Origin: Myxococcota bacterium
GTDB taxonomy: Bacteria > Myxococcota > UBA4151
DNA: 64,000 nucleotides
Assembly (NCBI GenBank): GCA_036338695.1
Contig: JAYZBQ010000009.1
Coordinates: 52,529-116,528 of the forward strand
Direction of reading: 5' to 3'
In this document: in pieces, positions 60,235 to 64,000 of the stretch
Layout of the letters: every line of letters starts with the position of its first letter
Numbering within the stretch: position 1 is the first letter of the stretch
Notes under the pieces: generated by a model
Told to the model about the DNA's origin: nothing
What the model saw: the letters and a program-made list of their open reading frames with translations, nothing else
Databases searched by the model: none
Program-made: the position numbers and the translations under genes

Positions 60235-63200
60235 GGCAGCTCACAGTCTGCGCTGCAGCCGTCTCCGTCGTCGCGGTTCCCATCATCGCAGGCCTCGAGC
60301 TCCGTGCGGTCCCCATCGCCGCAGACGCTGCGGCAGTCGATGGGGCAGTCGTCGTCGTGTCTGAGGTTGCCGTCATCGCAGCGCTCACCGTCATCGAGCA
60401 CCCCATCCCCGCAACGGGGCGCGGCGCGCTGCGGGGTCCAGATGATCCAGCCGTCGATGGTGTTGAGCAGCAACGACTCGTGATGGTCGCCATCAAAGGC
60501 TATCTTTTGACGGTAAACGCCTGGCATGGCGTGACGCGTCAGCTCATCGGCTTGGCGCCCGCTCAGGTCCAGCCGGTAGCTGTTGCGGTAGCCGTTCCAC
60601 ACCCAGTCTCCCTCCACCGCTAAGGCGCCGTAAGACTGCGGCGCGTAGAAGCCGCTGTAGAGCGGGGGCTGCCACGCCGTGCGCGCTTGATTTTGCCCCC
60701 CATTCCCCGTGTGGTTCGCCAGCGCGTGGCTCTCCGAGAGGAGCTGACCGGTGGCGGGGTCGAGCAAGAGCGTGGTCCGGTATTGCGGTCCGCGGTCGAT
60801 ATTTCGGTGCAAGCTCACCAACAACGCGCCGCTCGCTAAAAACTGCACGCCCGAGATCGTGCCCTCGCCGGCGAGGACGCGTCGAGGCAGCGCCGTGTCC
60901 ACCACCCGGTCGAGCTGTCGATCCCAGATCTGTAAGGTCGGTCCATTGTAGGCATGACAAGCGATGAAGCGCCCTTGAGGGTCTAGCCCGCAACGGTTGC
61001 GGCCGTTGTCATCACGGATCGCCTCGGGGAGCGCCTCGACCTGGAGACGCTGATCTCGCTCGGCATCAAGGTGGATCCGCACCAACGCAAGCCGCCCACC
61101 TTGTCGAATGACCGCCTCGCGCTGCTGCGTGCTCCAGACGATGCCGTAGCCTCCCAGGCTGTTCGCGGCGACCGAGTTGGAATAGGCCTGCAAGGGGTCG
61201 TCTTTGTGGTAGAGTCGCAAGGTGCTGGGCCGCTGACCGCCGAGATGGACGGCGAACACGTCATCACTGAGCCAGAAGGTCGAGGAGAGCTCATACGCTG
61301 GACAGCCTGCGCGCGTCTCGTCGTTGCAGTCAGCCCATGGGTAGGCGGTCTCGACAGCACCAAAGCGCTCCAGCCGCAGCTTAGAGGACCTCCGGCCGTT
61401 GTCGATGTACTGGCGCAGATACCAGGTCCCGTCGAGGTTCATCGAGGTGCCGCGCTGCTCTCCAATAGCGTCCCACGAGAGCCCTCTTCCAGTAATCAGA
61501 TCCAAGGTGTGCAAAGACCCCTGGCTCGTGACCGCCACGCGTCCGTTCCCCGCGTACAGATGTGCGCGCCCGTAGCCGCCACCCGAACTGATCTCGGCGC
61601 CGCCTTGGGCGATCAAGCTGCAACGCGCTGCGGCGTTGAAGATGCCGCAGTTGTTGCGCGTAGTGTTGTCAAAATCGATCACCTCGTCCCAGGCGAGCCC
61701 GTCGAGGTCGTGCCGCCCCCAAGCCAGGACGCCGTGGCGCAGACGCGCCGAGCCGGAGCCTGCGTTCACCACAAAACGCCCGCCCTGACCGAGCCGCCCG
61801 AGACGCCTGAGCGACCACACGTTTCCGTAGCGGTTGTTGCCATGCGCCTCACGAAAACTTAGGCTGGAGAAATTAAGCGCCAAATAGCGGCTGAGATCGC
61901 TTGATGCCCCGTCGGCGACGAGTGAGTAGGCGCGTCGGCGAACCGGGAAGTCCGGGTCACACCAGTCGATCACGGCGATCGCGCCCTCCCCTTCACCGGC
62001 TTGACGCACCGTGCACTCCGGCATGGTCCCGCAATAACCTGCGAGGTCTTGAGCCTGGCGCACAAAGCCCGTCTGCTCGTCGCCGACGACCATGTGCAGG
62101 CAATTCCGGCCGTGCAGGTTCCCGGCGGGCCGCCCCAAGAGGATGAGGTCCTGTACCCCATCGCCGTTGACGTCGTCAGGGACACACAGCCGCGCCGAGA
62201 CCACGCTCGATTCTGGGTATCCGCCCACATCGATCGAGAAGGCCTGCGCTCGCTCTGGTGATGCGGTCATGCGCTGCTCGCTGGGCGCCTCGCTGGTGGC
62301 GCTGGCGACCCAGGCGGTACGCTCACGCTCACCCGCAGACGCCATGCCGCATGCGTCGACGCGCACGCGCCCTGAGTCAAAGCGCTGAGCATGAACCGAC
62401 TGAGCCGAGCTGTTTGAATAACGGTTCGAGATGTCCCAGCGAAACGGTTCGGGCAAGGTCACGCGCACACGCCGCTGCCGGCCAAGAGGAATCAACCGTG
62501 TCCAAAAGGGTAAGACCGCGCTGACCACCTCCGGCTGCCCCGGCGTGACCAGACGGAGTCCGAAGCGGCCGGCTCGACGCAGCTGCTCACGCGGCACCTG
62601 AACGCTCACGCTGCTGCCCACCTTGGTCAGCAAGAGGCGAGGGCAATCTTGCCCGGCGCCGCAAAGAACGCGCGGTGAGGGCAAGAGCCCCGCATAAGTC
62701 CCTAGGTACAGCAGCTCAGCTTGGGTGCACACCGCACGGTTGGTACACTGCCCTTCCGGGGTGCTCTCGCTCAAGGGCAGCGAGATCCCTTGGTCAAGCC
62801 CGCCTCGAAAGAACCCGGTCTCAAACCCGTTCCAGTCCCCGGTCGCGGGAAATGCGACCACGCGCGTCTGACTGTTCGCCGAGGCGTCCCAGGTGAAGTC
62901 GCGCACGTCGATCACGCCGCCTCCGCTGTCAAATTGGGCACGCGGTGGGTCGCCCTCCCAGCCCCGCAGGGAGATCAACGAGAGCACACAGGGCTGATTA
63001 GCGAGCGCGCCCGCCGTGACCCAAAAATCTGCGGCGCCGTCACCGCCGAGTCGAAGCTCGGGCGTGTCAACGTGGCAATTGGCAGGGTCGGCTAGGAGGC
63101 GCTCACCAGCGAGCGGGTTACCAAAACGATCCACAAGGACCAGACGCAGCCGGTGCGCATTGTCTGCGTCAAAGGCTAGCGGTCGCCGAAAGTGGAGCGG

Positions 63201-63998
63201 ACGCACCGCAAGCGCAAGGTCGGCGCTTGGAACACCCTGCAGCGCCCCGTCGCGGTCGTAGAGTTGAAAGGTACCTTGGCTCGGCAGCCCGGGCTGTTGC
63301 CTGACGATCAGGCGCTGACTGACGCCACCGCTGACCACCTCCCAAACACAGTCACGCGCTCGATCGCCGAGGCGCCAGGTTGCGCCGAGGTCACCCCCGA
63401 TCATCAGATCACCTTGCTCATCCGTTGCGCCCAAATCGGCGCCATCGTCCGGGCGCGAGCCACACCCTTGTGGCTGATCGTCCACCAAATTGAATGCGAC
63501 CGGCTGCTGCGCAAGCGCTCCGCCGTTGGCGTTGACCACACGGACGGTCAGCGGCTCGCCCAAGAGCTGACCCACTGAGGCTTGCAGACACGGTAGCCCC
63601 TCACACAAGCCGAGCGGCTCGCCCCGGTGCTCAAAAGCGACGCCTTGCGCCGAGCCGACCCCGAGCCGCAATCGCACCTCGGCGGCGCCCGTCCACTCGA
63701 CCCCTTCGCTGTCCACCCAGCGCGCCGAGACCGGCAAGGTCACGACCTGATCGTCCTCGAAGCCGCGCACCTCAAGGATCCCGGCGCTGAACTCACCGCG
63801 GGTGTTCGTAAACCCTTGGCTCGGCGCCAACAGCACGGCAGCCGGTGACTCGATACCCACCTGGACGTTGCCGATCGGGTTGTCCTGACCGTCGTCCACG
63901 CGCACGGTCACCAGCGCCCCGCCTTGCCCGGTCAAGAGCTGCATATCCTGACCCCGGACCACCTGCACCCGCTGCGGCGTGCCACCGAGCACGTGGAT
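60231..63998 (-). CDS. 5'-partial very large secreted protein: Ig-like repeats, propeller-like region, two C-terminal Myxococcus Cys-rich repeats
   Basis: Frame is open to the window edge. Repeated 'V.V.D...NP' Big_1-like starts, FG-GAP-like DVNGDGVQDL, terminal CGDG...CDDGN. Confidence 0.7.
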   Translation of the reverse strand: MHVLGGTPQRVQVVRGQDMQLLTGQGGALVTVRVDDGQDNPIGNVQVGIESPAAVLLAPSQGFTNTRGEFSAGILEVRGFEDDQVVTLPVSARWVDSEGVEWTGAAEVRLRLGVGSAQGVAFEHRGEPLGLCEGLPCLQASVGQLLGEPLTVRVVNANGGALAQQPVAFNLVDDQPQGCGSRPDDGADLGATDEQGDLMIGGDLGATWRLGDRARDCVWEVVSGGVSQRLIVRQQPGLPSQGTFQLYDRDGALQGVPSADLALAVRPLHFRRPLAFDADNAHRLRLVLVDRFGNPLAGERLLADPANCHVDTPELRLGGDGAADFWVTAGALANQPCVLSLISLRGWEGDPPRAQFDSGGGVIDVRDFTWDASANSQTRVVAFPATGDWNGFETGFFRGGLDQGISLPLSESTPEGQCTNRAVCTQAELLYLGTYAGLLPSPRVLCGAGQDCPRLLLTKVGSSVSVQVPREQLRRAGRFGLRLVTPGQPEVVSAVLPFWTRLIPLGRQRRVRVTLPEPFRWDISNRYSNSSAQSVHAQRFDSGRVRVDACGMASAGERERTAWVASATSEAPSEQRMTASPERAQAFSIDVGGYPESSVVSARLCVPDDVNGDGVQDLILLGRPAGNLHGRNCLHMVVGDEQTGFVRQAQDLAGYCGTMPECTVRQAGEGEGAIAVIDWCDPDFPVRRRAYSLVADGASSDLSRYLALNFSSLSFREAHGNNRYGNVWSLRRLGRLGQGGRFVVNAGSGSARLRHGVLAWGRHDLDGLAWDEVIDFDNTTRNNCGIFNAAARCSLIAQGGAEISSGGGYGRAHLYAGNGRVAVTSQGSLHTLDLITGRGLSWDAIGEQRGTSMNLDGTWYLRQYIDNGRRSSKLRLERFGAVETAYPWADCNDETRAGCPAYELSSTFWLSDDVFAVHLGGQRPSTLRLYHKDDPLQAYSNSVAANSLGGYGIVWSTQQREAVIRQGGRLALVRIHLDAERDQRLQVEALPEAIRDDNGRNRCGLDPQGRFIACHAYNGPTLQIWDRQLDRVVDTALPRRVLAGEGTISGVQFLASGALLVSLHRNIDRGPQYRTTLLLDPATGQLLSESHALANHTGNGGQNQARTAWQPPLYSGFYAPQSYGALAVEGDWVWNGYRNSYRLDLSGRQADELTRHAMPGVYRQKIAFDGDHHESLLLNTIDGWIIWTPQRAAPRCGDGVLDDGERCDDGNLRHDDDCPIDCRSVCGDGDRTELEACDDGNRDDGDGCSADCELP

Positions 63999-64000
63999 CG

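Overview
GC-rich, gene-dense chromosomal window, most likely from a Myxococcota-related deltaproteobacterium. This is inferred from a MYXO-CTERM-like tail and from CGDG...CDDGN Myxococcus-type cysteine-rich repeats in three proteins. Housekeeping content: uvrB, the rpsB-tsf-pyrH-frr-uppS-cdsA-dxr cluster, mutM, type III glutamine synthetase, metF, bolA, a UvrD/PcrA helicase and an msrB-msrA fusion. Other loci: (1) a coupled TamB-like / Omp85 / ferritin-like / Cys-rich lipoprotein operon; (2) a Bacillus-type FadR fatty-acid degradation operon (fadR, acyl-CoA dehydrogenase, etfB, etfA, fadF-like) with a visible FadR box; (3) a thiolase / LeuA-like operon; (4) many large secreted repeat proteins. 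I saw no tRNA, rRNA, CRISPR array, integrase or transposase. Best leads: an EtfA with an N-terminal membrane anchor and long acidic tether; the Omp85/TamB operon with a diiron protein and a tandem 6-Cys-repeat lipoprotein; a second FadR-like box plus a start-codon-sequestering leader upstream of GS-III; and an AT-rich palindromic patch inside uvrD. All calls come from reading motifs by eye. No database searches were run.
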